Of a DNA stretch of 64,000 bases, positions 37,421-62,687 are shown piece by piece. Position 1 is the stretch's first letter. Each line of letters starts with the position of its first letter. The stretch is taken from contig MU058198.1 of the NCBI GenBank assembly GCA_013265495.1, forward strand, positions 1,128,419 to 1,192,418. Direction: 5' to 3'. The notes beneath the pieces were generated by a model. The model did no database searches. It had not been told where the DNA came from and saw only the letters and a program-made list of their open reading frames with translations. The position numbers were made by a program, and so were the translations under genes. The stretch is from Vicugna vicugna (lineage: Eukaryota).

Positions 37421-39472
37421 AGCCCATCGCTTGCTCCCACCACAGTGTCTGACACACAAGAGGTGCTCAATAACAGGCTGAGGGATGAATGAATAATAAA
37501 TGGGGAGGGGGGCAGGTGGAAACATAGAGCTGTGAAGAGCCTGCCAACACTCCAACGAGTAACACTTCCTTTTCTGGGAAGCTCTTTTCTCAAATGGGAA
37601 AACCTTTGGATAACTTCTCACAGCCTCTGGAAGACTTCAGTTGGAGGGAGAGGTCTGTTTCATGTTAGGACAGAGCACCCAGGACAGGTAATTCCAAGAG
37701 GAGAGATCCCCAGTAGAGACCTGTCGTCCTGGTGGGGTGTCCAGAGTCAAGGGTGAGGGGGCATCTTTAGACCTGGAGCAGCCAGCAGGGGGCTGGAGTC
37801 ATGACTGACCTGAACAAGGAGTGATATCTGGAGCCCTTGACAAGAACCAGGGTCCTTGCTGGCTTCTGAGAGCTTCCAGACTCAAACATCCCTAGCAAAT
37901 CCTGTGGGCCAAGAGTCAGGGGAGGCCCCCAGGGTCAGGAGAGAGCCTGCTGGGGGTTGAAGCAGGACTTACCTTGGGGCGAGAACGCAGAGCATTCCTC
38001 CTGCTCTGGCCGTGGGAATGCCATTCTTTTATGGCAGTTTCCCACCCATGTGGCTCTCCACGATTGGTGCAGAGGGATGACCGGAGCGAACCTCCCAGGC
38101 AGGCGCCAGACTGGTTGGGCGCAGGTCAGATTTAGCACAAATAATGGTGAAAGAAGGCCCTTCGGCCACCACCACCCACAATGTAAACCCTTCGAGCAGT
38201 CTCTCCTTCATGAAACAGTTCTCTGTAAACAATAGCGTTATGTCCTGAATGCCGCACACGCTAGACACTCTGAGTGCTTTGCACCCATTACCTCTCACAT
38301 TTCATCCTCACAATCAACCAGATTGTGGTGCCATATGGTTGGTGCCATATTTACTACCAGAAATCAAACGCTGATCAAAAGGAAGCTTAATATACAAGAG
38401 GAAGTGGAGAGAAATCAAACAGACACTTGTTTGCACAATGGATTTCCGATTATACCCTGTGTTCCTAGCTAATCACCTTAGCGCGCTTCTGCTTCTGTCT
38501 GGATGCCACTCAGCTAGAAGCCAGTTAGAGTAAGGGAATAAGTAAGGAAGGGGAAATGGGTGCTTCTCATTTTTGGCCCATAGAATCCACCCAACTTCAT
38601 GTAGTCAATGTGGAGGAGGCTGGGAAGGGCCATCACACTTGACCTCAGTCAACTTTGTATCTCCTTTCCCTAGAAACTTATTAAACATATCCACCTCCGT
38701 CTTCTATTTCTTCCCCAACTTCTGATAAGGTGATCTTCCCCCTTTCCTAAGTCAGTTCCTCCATCCCTCTCTGACTTCTCCATTCTAGTCTGAGACATGT
38801 GGCTAAAACTGTCCTGCTAATGTCGCCTCTTAGGCAAGTCTACAGGGCATTTTTTTCTGGCGTCTTGTCAATGGATTTTTTTTTTTTTTTGCTGCTTCCT
38901 CCAGGCACTCTGCGTTTCCGTGACTCCTCTGTACCAGTTTTCTTGATTCCCTTCTGCCTATTTGGATATGCCTGCTCCATCATTGTCATTGTCATCATCC
39001 TCTTCCTCTAGCTGGTAGCTCCTGTTTTTCTTGTCACTCCACGTCCTCTCCCTGGGAGATGTCAAGTTATCTCATGGTTTCAAGTACTGTCTATAGGCTG
39101 GTGAGTTCCAAATCTGTGTCTGCATCCCTGCCTCTTCCCTTGAACTTTACATCCATCCATCCATCCAAGTGCCTGATGGACCTCTCTGCTTGGGCTTATG
39201 TGCTTGAGGCACCTTGAGCTTAGCAGGTCCAAATTTGAACTAACCAATTCCCCTAAGTCTCTCCCTCCACATTGCATAATCTGCCTTAATCAGTGGCACC
39301 ACTGCTTACCTGGTCACCCAAGCTGAACACCTGGCTCCTTCCTTTCTCCCTCAGTCTCACATTTCCAGCAATCACCAATCTTTCAAGTAGTTCTTGAACC
39401 TGTCCTTTCTTCTTCATCCCTACTTCATCCACCTTAATTCAGGCCACCATCATCCCTTAAGAGGGTGATTTT

Positions 39473-40091
39473 TTTTAAACATCTCTATTGCAGTATGGTT
39501 CCTATACAGTAAACTGCACATATTTCAGATGTACAATTTGATGAATTTTGATACATGTATACACTCATGAAACCACCACCACAATCACGATAACTAACAT
39601 TTCTGTCACTCCCCAAGAGGTGAAATTTTCAAATTCCTAATTTATCCCTTCCCACCCCCTTTAAGCCCTGGTAACCATAAGTTTGTTTTCTATGTCTGTG
39701 AGTCTGTTTCTGTTTTGTATATAAGGTCATTGGTGTCCTTTCTTTTTTCCAGATTCCACATATAAGGGATATCATATGGCATTTTTCTTTCCCTTTCTGG
39801 CTTACTTCACTTAGTATGACAATCTCTAGGTCCATCCATGTTGCTGCAAATGGCATTATTTTATTCCTTTTTATGGCTGAGTAGTATTCCATTGTGTATA
39901 TATACCACATCTTTATCCAGTCATCTATTGACGGACATTTGGGTTGTTTCCATGTCTTAGCTATTGTAAATAGTGCTGCTGTGAACATTGGGGTGCAGGT
40001 GTATTTTTGAACTATATTTTTCTCCAGATACATGCCCAAGAGTGGGATTGCTGGATCATATAGTAAGTGAATTTTTAGTTTTTCAAGGAAA
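39473..40091 (-). mobile_element. 5'-truncated LINE-1 (ORF2 C-terminus plus 3' UTR)
   Basis: ORF 39629-40039 TCTPMFTAALFTIAKTWKQPKCPS...WYIYTMEYYSAIK is the L1 ORF2 end; 17-bp TSD. Confidence 0.92.
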
Positions 40092-42599
40092 CTTAGGAGG
40101 GTGATTTTAACAGCTGCCTTGTTTTCAGTCTTGTCTCCTTTGATTCTGTTATCTCCCTGCAGCCAGATGCCACAGTATCATGGCTCAGCGTGATGCTCCC
40201 CCTGCCTCCACAACTCCAGGCTTCCTGGGATCTGACCCTTGTTCGCAGCTCCTACGTCATCTACGGCTTTTCCCCACATACTATGCTGCAGCCTATCTGT
40301 GGGTCTCTGAGCTTTTCCCTCCTCCATACCTTTCCAGACACTATTCTCTCTGCCTGGATCACTCTGTCTCCAACCTCCTACTTCTTATTTACAGTCCCCT
40401 ACTTCCAGGAAGTCTTTCCTAAACTCCACAGGCTTGCTGGTACTGCTCTTCTGTGCTCCTATGCCTCTCTGAGCTGATTACAATCACATTCAGTTACCTA
40501 CTTATGTATCTGTCACCCTCCAAATGCTCTAAGATCTTTGTGGTCAGGGATCCTGTCTTTGAAGTTCTAATCAGCACCTAGTAGGACTTGTTGAGTAAAC
40601 AAATGGACAGAGTCACAATAATGTATGCTCCAGACCCTCTCCTGTGAGTAATGCCTCAAACTTACAGTGTCCAAGTCAGTGAAAGCTTGGTGGAAAGACG
40701 CAAGTCTCTGCCTCAGGGCCTTTGCACTTGCTGTTCCCACTGCCTGCAATGTTCTTCCTCAGATATCTCCCTGATTCATTTTATTACTTCTCCCAGCTTC
40801 TGCTTATCAGAGAGACCTTCCCCAAGCATCCTAAAATAACACCCTCATCACCCTATCACCCTTGTTCTTCTCCCAAAGTGCTTACTACCACCTGATGTAT
40901 CACACAGCTATTGTTTAAATGTATCCCCCTTTTAAACATAAGCTCCTTACCAGCGAGAGCTCTATTTTGATCACTGGCAGTTGCCATGCTGCCAATAAAA
41001 GTGTCTGGCCTTGAATTTATGCTCAAAATATGCGTTGAATATGAAATGAATAATTAACTGATAGAAAACAAGAAAAAAAAAGAAAAAATAAAGGAAAGAA
41101 AAAGAAAAGGAACAGAGGGACAAAAGGATACATTCTGATGTGCTTCTGCCCCCTGGCTCTTGCCTTTGGCCCTTGTTTTTATTTCTCTTCATGTCCTCTT
41201 GTACCTGAGTCAGAGTATAGATGATTCTGCGCATGTCCAGCCAGGCCCTGCTGACCATGGATGTCCTCCCACCTAAAGCTCATATGCAAAGGCGGCAGGC
41301 ATGGGGGTTCAGTGTGTGTCTGCATGTGATATGAGGCCCCTTAACTCGAGATAAGCAGTCCCCAGAGCTCCCTGTTTGCTGATACACATATGTGGTTTTT
41401 CCCTGGGATCAGAGGCTCTAATAATGTGACAGGGCCTTGGTCTTTCCTGGAAAGCCACAGCTGGGCTCCAGGGGAGCAGCTGGCATCAGGACGGACGTTT
41501 CCCATTAGCATCAGCTTCCATTGGTCTCCTTGTTGAAGAAGCCCGGAGAGCCTTGTATTCCAAGGTCTCCCGGGTGCACCAGTCTCTGCTTGTGCCTCCA
41601 AGGAGCCTCCTGGAGGCTCTGCTTGCAATTATCTCCTCTCAGTGGGGTTAATGGTCTGCTTTCTGCTTCTGTTAACAAGGCTCTGTAAACAGATCCACAT
41701 ACTCTGCATTGGGAGGGAGAAGTGCAAAGGATGGAGGGGTCCCTGGGACATGCCAGGTACATCACCTCCAAGGATTGTGATTCCTGAAGGCAGGACCCGT
41801 GTCTGTCTTATTCACATCGGTCTTTTCCTGGCACCCAGCTTGGTGCCTGGCTCCTACTGGGTTCTCAAATAAATGTTCTAGAAAACTGGATGAATCTTGT
41901 GAGGGTATCACTGTTATCCCCATTGGACAGAAGCAGCAGGCCCCCGGTACATCCGCCACTTCTGCAATGCCCGACACACTGATAATTATGTGTTCAGGTT
42001 CTTTTTCCCCTGACAGACCTTAAGATTCAGGAGGGCAGGGATCGTTCACTGCTGCATCCCCAGCAGTGCTTGGCACATAGTAGGTGCTCAGCAAATACTT
42101 CTCGACTGATGGACTGATTGTGCAGATGGATGAAGCTCAGAGACACCGTGTATTTTATTTAAGGTCACAGAACCAGAGTTGAACCCAGTTTCTGTGACCA
42201 GACGGCGAACTCCATGAGGGCAGGGATCAGAGTCTGGTTTCCTCACCATTGGATCCTTAGCACCATGGACAGTGCCTTTATAAGCGCAGGCTCCCGATAA
42301 ATATTTGTCCAGTAAATGAAGGACTCGCAGACTGAGCTTTTGAAAACTATTATTTTGCCACACTCTTTAAGGAGATAGGGGCCTCAAGTGCAGAAACATC
42401 ACAAGTCCCATTTTGAGAGAAGGCAGCATTTAAAGACACAGGCTGTTTTCTGATAGCAAGGATTAAAGGGGAGAAGATAGGAGCAGAGAGACTGAAGCAT
42501 GAGTTCCCTTTTCTGTGGCTGGAGTGCTAGCCTGCATCACCTCGCCAGTCAGCAGGAATAGAGTTGGTAGCCACAGGGCACAGGGCTTCCGGCCGCTGA

Positions 42600-54972
<12,373 letters not shown>

Positions 54973-56560
54973 CCTTTCTGCTGTTCACAGCTACTTCTGG
55001 TCCTGGGAAGACCTGCCCAAACGCAAGGACAGGTTGGCCCTTGGGGGTTTCCTCCTGGTCCCTGACACCTGAAATCCTGTGAACAGAGACGGGTGGGATA
55101 AATGCATGATCTAACTCCCTTCCCCACAGTTGGGAGGAGAGCTTTGGTTGTGCGTGGCACAACTCCAGGAGATGCCATTCATGTGAACTACAGAAAGTAT
55201 GTCATGGTCCTTGCTTTGATGATGTTTTCCCCTCTGTGGCCCCACTCTTAATTCTCACCCGCATCCCAGTCTGGAAGGACAGAGGCTGTCATCCGGAGCA
55301 GGAAGCAAAAAGACAGTGTAGTGCTCTGGACTCACCATCTTATTGGAGGCAGCTTTGGGTTTTAACAGCCAACTCTCGATCCCCTGTTGGCAAACTTTCA
55401 ACTTGCCCAGATGCATTCATTCATTCAATAAGCACTTATTGAGTAGTTACTATGTGCCAAACAGGGAACTACACCTCAAGGGAAACATGAACACTACAGA
55501 CAAAGTCCTTGACTTCATGCAACTCTCATGTTGTAAAGAAGTGGCTTGGGACCAGCAACTTGAGAGAGGATGAACCATCACAATGCATTGTAACGTTTCC
55601 AGAGTGCTCCCCTGGGAGGAAATAATTCTAAGGGGAATCCTACCCTAGTTTTTACAGCAGCAAAATAGAGTAGCACGGTGGTTAAGTGTATGGGATTGGA
55701 GTCTGCAACCACGATTCAAATCCCTGTTTTATCAATCACTGTGACTGGTAAACTCATAGTGTGACATTGGGCAATGCATTTCAATTCGCTAAGACTCAGT
55801 GAATCTCTATGAAATAGAGATCGTTAGTGCCTACAATGTACGAGGCTCAGTTTGGAGAAGTCCCCTGTGGTCAGAGAAACTATCCTATAAAGTGTTTTCC
55901 AAGCCTTTGTGACCATGATATGCTAGAAGGAAAGTAGGCCGCGACCCAGTACGGTTGCTTGTGAGGGTGTGTGCATTTGGGAGCACACACACGCACACAC
56001 ACGTCCCCGTACACACAGACACACATGAAATGAATGTTTCAGAAGACAGTTCTTACCATGATTGTGTGCACTGCTTGCTGACATATTCTACTGTAATTAA
56101 TTTAAAGACAATTCTAAATATAATCCACAAATGATTTCATGATCCACTAATGGGTTGTGACTTGGAGTTTGAAAAACACTCTGGTGGCTAATAACTGACT
56201 GCTTATTTATTGTCCCTCCTAGGGGGTAACTAACACGACATGTGCAAAGCAGGGGCCCCGCGCAGAGCAGAGGCTCTTGCTCGCTGCTCTGTCCCCAGTG
56301 CCCGGGACAGAGTAGGCACTTAACTAATATTTGTTGAATGAGTGAAAAAAATTGTAGCTGTTGTCATAAGGGAAGTAGGGCTCAAAGAGAGGGAGACTGA
56401 CTTACCAAAGATCACAAAGCCAAAAGCCAGCTAAGTAACGACTCAAGCTAGTGTCCAATCTTTTCATTTGTCTCTGTCCCCCTCCCTCAGACAGAATGAG
56501 AATCAGCAGCAGACCAGGTTGGGAGACGCAGCGAGAAGAGAGAGCCCCAGATAGCCTTAC

Positions 56561-56585
56561 CTGAAGCCAGAAAGGTAGAATTCAT
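56561..56585 (-). other. UMOD: UMOD short non-coding exon 1 (start approximate)
   Basis: Donor CAG|gtaagg at 56561/56560, about 50 bp downstream of the TATA box. Confidence 0.75.
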
Positions 56586-56606
56586 CCGTTTACAGGTGTG
56601 TGCCTC

Positions 56607-56616
56607 TTATATATAC
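56607..56616 (-). promoter_or_regulatory. UMOD TATA box (GTATATATAA)
   Basis: Minus-strand TATATAA about 25-30 bp upstream of the inferred exon 1. Confidence 0.8.
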
Positions 56617-56859
56617 ACATCGGCCCCTGGCTGGCACTGTCCTCCAGAACCAGAGCCTGTGGTTCTGTTTCCTGAGCTTGCTTCCACGGGGGTGGAGTGT
56701 TTTTCCCTTCTTGCCGCAGTGTTTTCGTTTTCTAGGCTGTGAGGTTGTTTTTCTTTCCCCTAATAGGTGGAGACCCCAAATGATTGACATTGGGGGTCAC
56801 ACTTGTGCCCGCAATTATAAGGCCTCTGTTTTGCACCTTTGGCATCAAGAGATTCCTTA

Positions 56860-56872
56860 GTTAGAAATTAAC
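56860..56872. promoter_or_regulatory. HNF1-type palindromic site in the UMOD promoter (GTTAATTTCTAAC on the minus strand)
   Basis: Two mismatches to GTTAATNATTAAC, about 0.28 kb upstream of the start; UMOD is an established HNF1B target. Confidence 0.65.
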
Positions 56873-58247
56873 TGGGAAAAGAGTGCCAGGCTACTGAGCT
56901 TTTTCTTCATCATTAAAAAGGACAAGGTGGACCCAGGGAGCCAGGTAGAGGCCAGAATATGAAGCCAGGTTGTCCTAGGAGACAAGGGGTGTTCATTGTC
57001 CCCACTGGGAGATGAACCTGCGGCCAGTTGAGTGCCTTGTCCTGGAGAGGACACCTTTTCCAAGCACACTTCATCCTCACAGCTCAGCCAGCTCCCCTGG
57101 GGCGCAGATGTGAGCAGGGAAGGGCTGAGAATGGTTGAAGGTCAGAGCCAGAAGATAACTCAGACATCATCGGACCAGACTCACTCTATGAACAAAAAAA
57201 AATCTGAGTTCCCGTGAGGGGAGGTCCTTTGGGAGGTGGATAACTTTGTGATTGAACAGACTGACTTTGGAGTCAGTCTGTCTGAATCCTAATCAACCAT
57301 TTATTGTGTGCCAGTAGGCTCACTTCTTAACCTTCCTGAGGTCATTTTCATCATCTATAGAATGAGAATACCCATCTCCTGGAGTTGTCATGGTGGCCAA
57401 AGGAAATGACGCAAGTAAGGACATGTAGCCACGGTTCTATCCATGGAACTCACTGCCAACGCTGCTTTGCTGCATTGACACGGGGTAGAAAATGACAGGA
57501 CCTGGCTGAGATCAGCCCTTTGTCTCTCCTGATCCAATCCCATGTCAATGGCAACCCCACGCTGAGAAAAATCAGATGTCTGCGAACTTAGGCTGAGCAG
57601 GAAATATGACAATATCCATGGAATTTACCTTTTCAGGACCTTTCTCCTTCCGTTTAGCTTAGTGGTGGGGTGACCATTGGCATTAGTGCGTTGATCTCCC
57701 GGGAGAATTTTGTAGGAGCAAAATCACTCGATCAAAGAGGTGGCACAGTTTTAAGAATTTCGATCCCTCTTCCCAACAGCACCCAAGAGAGATCTTTAAA
57801 AACTCAGTTTAAGAACTAGAAAGCCCACCACAGTACTCACCAGCCCTGAGCATTAACTTTCATATTTGTTGGAAGTGAGAAATATCTCATGGTCACTTAC
57901 TTTTGCAATTGTTCGATGAAAAGAGAAGTCATTATTGTTTCATTTCTTTCTTATTTATTCTTTTCTGAACTGGCTGTTTGTAGCCTTTGTCCTTTTTTTT
58001 CCCAATAGGAATGTGTCTCCCCCTGCCCCCATCTTTTCTGTAGCTTAAGAAGAAAATAGAAGTTCTTAATATTTCTTTTCTCCACCCTGGATGGTAAATA
58101 TCATTTCTGGTTGATGCACATGAGGCCCTGTCTTTAAAGAATGAAAGGTGGCTCCTGGAGTTGTCTGGACAGAGACCCTGGGCAGGAAAACGGGAAGTTT
58201 AGGTTGAAGGCAGTTCATAAGTCTATTAACCACATTATTCTAGTTTC

Positions 58248-58780
58248 TGTATTTGATGCTTTTACCTCATGGGACTTTGCTGACTCTGGAGGAACTGCCC
58301 CATCGAGGGCTAATTAATTCTTAGAGATCTCAAGGAGTATATCGTATTCCTGAGAGCATGCCTTTCAAATACCAACCAGCTGATCCAGAGCCCATCCCGC
58401 GACGCTTTCTCTATCTGGCTTACGCTCAGGGTGGCTATTTCCCTGCCCTTATCACCCCAGGACAAAGGCCAGACAACTAGGGACCACTCCCAAGTCCCAG
58501 AATCTGCTGAAATCATTCACACTAGTCAATCTTCAACCTGATTACCCTGCCTCTCCTGTTCCCATGGGCACCACCATAAAGGCTACGTTTTCTACTTATA
58601 TCCACGTTTCCCCCTTGCTTCTTCTGCCTCCTGACCACCCCAGTACTTCCCTGTGTGCCCCACCCGTGGCGTGGAGCCCTCCCTCCTCCTGGGATCTGTG
58701 AGTAGCATAAACTATCTCTTCAATGACAGTCATCTCCTGATCTGTTGGCCTGAGTGATAGTTCAACCTACATTTTAAAAC
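58248..58780. mobile_element. LTR remnant (MER21-like)
   Basis: gatgcttttacctcatgggactttgctgactctggaggaactgcccc...gggatctgtgagtagcataaact; family from memory. Confidence 0.55.
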
Positions 58781-58793
58781 CATAAGCGTCATC

Positions 58794-58973
58794 AGGGTGG
58801 GTAGGACATAGCTCAAGTGGTAGAGAGCATGCTTAGCATATACAAGGTCCTAGGTTCAATCCCCAGTACTTCCTCTAAAAAAAAAAAATAAGTAAGTAAG
58901 CCTAATTACCCACCCCTCAAAAACAGACAAACAGAAAAGAATTGAACACAAAGGCTTCTGAACATCCCAAATA
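58794..58973 (+). mobile_element. tRNA-derived SINE (Vic-1-like) with extended 3' end
   Basis: Same head as the other two copies; TSD cataagcgtcatc at 58781-58793 and 58974-58986. Confidence 0.85.
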
Positions 58974-59734
58974 CATAAGCGTCATCTTCACTCCACGCAA
59001 CTGGATCGTCCTGTGGCATTTCTCTAACTGGCCATTTCCACACTCTTTCACGGGAGCCACTAAGCCATGCCTCCCACATCTTCTCCATCTGCTTCTCTGG
59101 ACTCATCTTCCACATCCCTTCTCCTGACATGATGGAGACAACATCCTTCTGTATGTAAAAGACCTCTCCCCCCCCCCTCTCTCTCTCTATATATATATGC
59201 TCTGATGACCTCTCCACAGAGGGTCATCACCTGCCCCGCCTTCCTATACTGTTTACCCCAATCTGAGCCCCCACATCCTGAAGCCCCAGTTGCACACGGG
59301 TAGCACACCCATTCTCTGGCTTGCAGCTAGGCAGGACTCTTTGTTCCACGTGATTTAGTCTTAGCTGCCCCCATGGACCTCTCCTTCAACCGGCAGCCAC
59401 ATGGTGTTTGAAGCAGGTGAGCCTTGAGTCGTGTCCTGAATACTAACACCTGCCCCTGTTGGGGTGTCTGGTTTGGGTGAGCTCCAGGGCCCCAGGCTGT
59501 TCTCTGCTTCGTCTGGATGTGGACAAGCCAGGTTGGTGGTGGAGGCGGGGGGAGCGGGGAGAGCTGGCTCTGGAGGTATGAGAAAGCACAATCAGCCTTT
59601 GAATTACAAGATGGGTGAACTGTGGAGAGGCCCAGGTGGTTTGCGCAGACCTTGGTCCCTAAAATATTATGCCCCTCCTTTTCCCAAGAGAAGATCTGTT
59701 ATTTCCTGGCTGAAATGAATGTGACAAACCAGCA

Positions 59735-60125
59735 GCGTTAAGTCTGAATGACCTCCCGATATGTCTATATTCTAATCCTCAGAACCTGTGAATGTTACCT
59801 TACATGGCAAAAGGGATTTAGCTGGTATGATTCAGTTTAGTACCTGGAGATGAAGAGATTATCTGGGCAGGCCCAATGCAATCACAGTGGTGCTTAAGAG
59901 AGAGATATGAAGGTGGGGAGGGAAGCAAAGGTCAGAGTTCCTTGAGGAAAGAACCGTGAGCCAACAGATAGAGGCAGCCATCAATAGCTGGAAAGAGCAT
60001 GTCAAGCATGTCAAATGAAAAGGATTTCTGATGTCTGGCCTCCAGAGCTGTAAAGGACTGTTAGTGTTGTTCTGAGGCACTGAATTTGTGGTAATTTGTC
60101 AGAGCAATAATAAGAAACCAATAAC
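59735..60125 (+). mobile_element. MaLR LTR (MLT1-like)
   Basis: ctaatcctcagaacctgtgaatgttaccttacatggcaaaaggga...tttgtggtaatttgt. Confidence 0.75.
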
Positions 60126-60427
60126 CTAACTTGGGGCTGGAGGCAATACTGCCAGCATCTCTCCCTTTTGGAATGACTGTGAAATCATGTATCTCAGAGA
60201 TACGGTGCTGCCTGGTATGGAATTCCATCTGCTCCTTGGATATTTATTGAGCATCTGCTAAGTCCACGTAGAGCTCTAGGCATTGGGAATAAATAAATGT
60301 GTCCTCTCGTGGGGTTTACACACCGTGGGGAACGCAGGCAATATCCCAGTGCACAGCAAAATCATATGATGCTTTCAAATACTGGTATCCAGGAAGGCCT
60401 CTTTGAGGTGGTGACATTTGAGCTGAG

Positions 60428-61202
60428 TTTTTTTTTCTTTCACTTTTTAAAAATTGAAATATACTCAGTTTACAATGTTGTGTCAATTTCTGGTGTACAT
60501 ACAGTATAATAGTTCAGTCATACATATACATACATAAATTTATTTTCATATTTTCATTACAAGTTACTATAAGATATTGAATATAGTTCCCTGTGCTATA
60601 CAGTATAAACTTCTTGTTTATCTGTTTTATATATAGTGGTTAGTATCTGCAAATCTCAAACTCCCAATTTATCCCTTCCCCCCCCCTTCCCCCCACTGGT
60701 AACCATAAGTTTGTTTTCTATGTCTGTGAGTCTGTTTCTGTTTTATAAATAAGTTCATTTGTCTTTTTTTTTTTTTAGATTCCACACATAAAGGATGTCA
60801 TATAGTATTTTCCTCTCTCTTTCTGGCTTACTTCACTTAGAATGACGATCTCCAAGTCCATCCATGTTGCTGCAAATAGCATTTTCTTCTTTTCTATGGT
60901 TGAGCAGTATTCCATTGTATAAACAAACCACAACTTCTTGATCCAGTCCTCTGTCAATGGACATTTAGGTTGTTTCCATATCTTGGCTATTGTATATAGT
61001 GCTGCTATGAACATTGGGGTGCATGTATCTTTTCAAATTACAGTTCCCTCTGGATATATGCCCAAGAGGGGGATTGTTGGATCATATGGTAAATCTATTT
61101 TTAGTTATCTGAGGAATCTCCATACTGTTTTCCATATGGCTGCACCAAGCTACATTCCCACCAGCAGTGTAGGAGGGGTCCCTTTTCTCCACACCTTCTC
61201 CA
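60428..61202 (-). mobile_element. 5'-truncated LINE-1 inserted into an older L2
   Basis: ORF 60775-61014 MFIAALYTIAKIWKQPKCP...; T-rich tail at 60428; TSD tgagctgag. Confidence 0.9.
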
Positions 61203-61647
61203 TGAGCTGAGATGTGAAGGGTCAACATCACACAGCTCTGAGGGCATCTGGAGGGTGTGGTATTTTATGTGCATTTAGGCACAAGAAACAGCAGGATGAG
61301 ACAGCAAGAGCATGAATTGTTCAAGAAGTAGAAAGTGTGGCTAGAGCCTAGAAAATGAGAGGGAGAGACAGAGGGGGAGAAGAGATCTTCCTGGCCAGAC
61401 ATTTACAGGCCCTGGAGGCACAGTAAGCAGACTGGATTTTATCCTAAATTAGCAATAAGGATGTCATTAGAGGGTTAATGCAAAGTAGTACTGTAAGCCC
61501 TCATAGCAATGGCCTTTTGTACATCACTTCAGCAGCTTTAGGGAATTTGGATTTTGTATATGTGTGTGGGCTGGGGAGGCACAACGTGGCAGTAGAGAGA
61601 CCAATTAGGAGACTTCTGTGGCTGAGACTGGTGGTTGGAGATGAAGA

Positions 61648-61768
61648 GAAGTGGGTGGAGTCATGTGGAAGGAAGTGGGTGGAGTCCAATGGAGGGGAAG
61701 TGGGTGGAGTCATGAGGAAGGAAGTGGGTGGAGTCCAATGGAGGGGAAGTGGGCGGAGTCAAGTGGAT
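61648..61768. repeat. Minisatellite, core gaagtgggtggagtc x5 with alternating 24/25-bp units
   Basis: Directly visible. Confidence 0.9.
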
Positions 61769-62336
61769 TGGTGGGATTTTTAGGATAGTAAAAGGAAAGA
61801 CATGGTTATCCTAGCACATACATGGCTGCTTACGAGAGTGGATCCATTTATTGAGATGTGAAAGACGGGACAGATTTTGGATTGAATCTCTTTCTTATGG
61901 TGCCAAAATTAAGCATTAAAAAAATCAATCCACCTTATTTGAAAGTGTTAGCCAAACTCTGGAGACCCCAAGTTGCTGCTGCTGCTGCTGCTGGTGGTGG
62001 TGGTGGTGTGTACATAGCAGTTAAATGCAGAGTCTCTGGAATGAGATTGCTTGGGATCATATCTCAAGGGCTTTCTAGATGTGTGATCTGCCTGGTTGCT
62101 TAACCTCTCTTTGCCCCAGTTTCCTCATCTGTGAAATGGGGTTGATGAAACCTAGTTCCCAGTGAGGTTGTGAGAACTAAGTGAATGCCAAGCGTGTTGT
62201 TGTAAACACCTTAAATGTTGCTATTATGGCTTCATTTGCAGCCCTTTCTGAATTCCGGGCCAAACAGCTCTTCTAAAGCAGCACCAACCAGGAAAAAGAG
62301 GTAATGAATAAAACAAGGCCAAAAAATTCAGGGGTT

Positions 62337-62342
62337 TTTATT
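62337..62342 (-). terminator. PDILT polyadenylation signal AATAAA
   Basis: tttatt on the plus strand about 115 nt after the stop codon. Confidence 0.75.
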
Positions 62343-62456
62343 ATCCAGCCTCCGCCCACCTATCGCAACGATATATAATTTGATTGGAGTAGATCCACTC
62401 AGAAAATGATGCCAGGACCTGGAAAATGGGCACTTTCCCTCCTGGCTCTGGAGAGG

Positions 62457-62687
62457 CTACAGTTCTTCCTTCAGTCTTGGTTTCTTCTGTCTCGGAGGCC
62501 CCTTGGGCTCAGCCGCCTTCTCCTCCTCCTTGGCCATTTCTTTCTGCCCAGCTGGCTCTTCCAGCTCAGTCACATTCTCCAACTCAGGCAACTCATGTTC
62601 AGGTAACTCTTTCTTTATAAAAGGTACCTCCTTTTCTTCAGCTAATATATCCTCTTCTGCCGCTTCACTTTGCTCAACAGGCAGTAG
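62457..62687 (-). CDS. PDILT: PDILT terminal coding exon (rest of the gene lies beyond the window) LLPVEQSEAAEEDILAEEKEVP...PKGPPRQKKPRLKEEL*
   Basis: Polypyrimidine tract and tag| acceptor, acidic tail, C-terminal KEEL ER-retention signal, known synteny upstream of UMOD. Confidence 0.92.
   Translation of the reverse strand, partial: LLPVEQSEAAEEDILAEEKEVPFIKKELPEHELPELENVTELEEPAGQKEMAKEEEKAAEPKGPPRQKKPRLKEEL

Noticed and set aside
37501..37518. Possible PTF1 bipartite site (CACCTG plus TC-box-like) upstream of GP2
   Set aside because: The TC-box half (CTCCCCA) deviates from TTTCCCA and the start site is unknown; too weak to call.
39629..40039. 136-aa ORF
   Set aside because: Truncated L1 ORF2 C-terminus, not a host gene.
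61648..61768. Repeat-spacer appearance resembling a CRISPR array
   Set aside because: Spacers are 9-10 bp and themselves repeated, the context is eukaryotic, and there are no cas genes.
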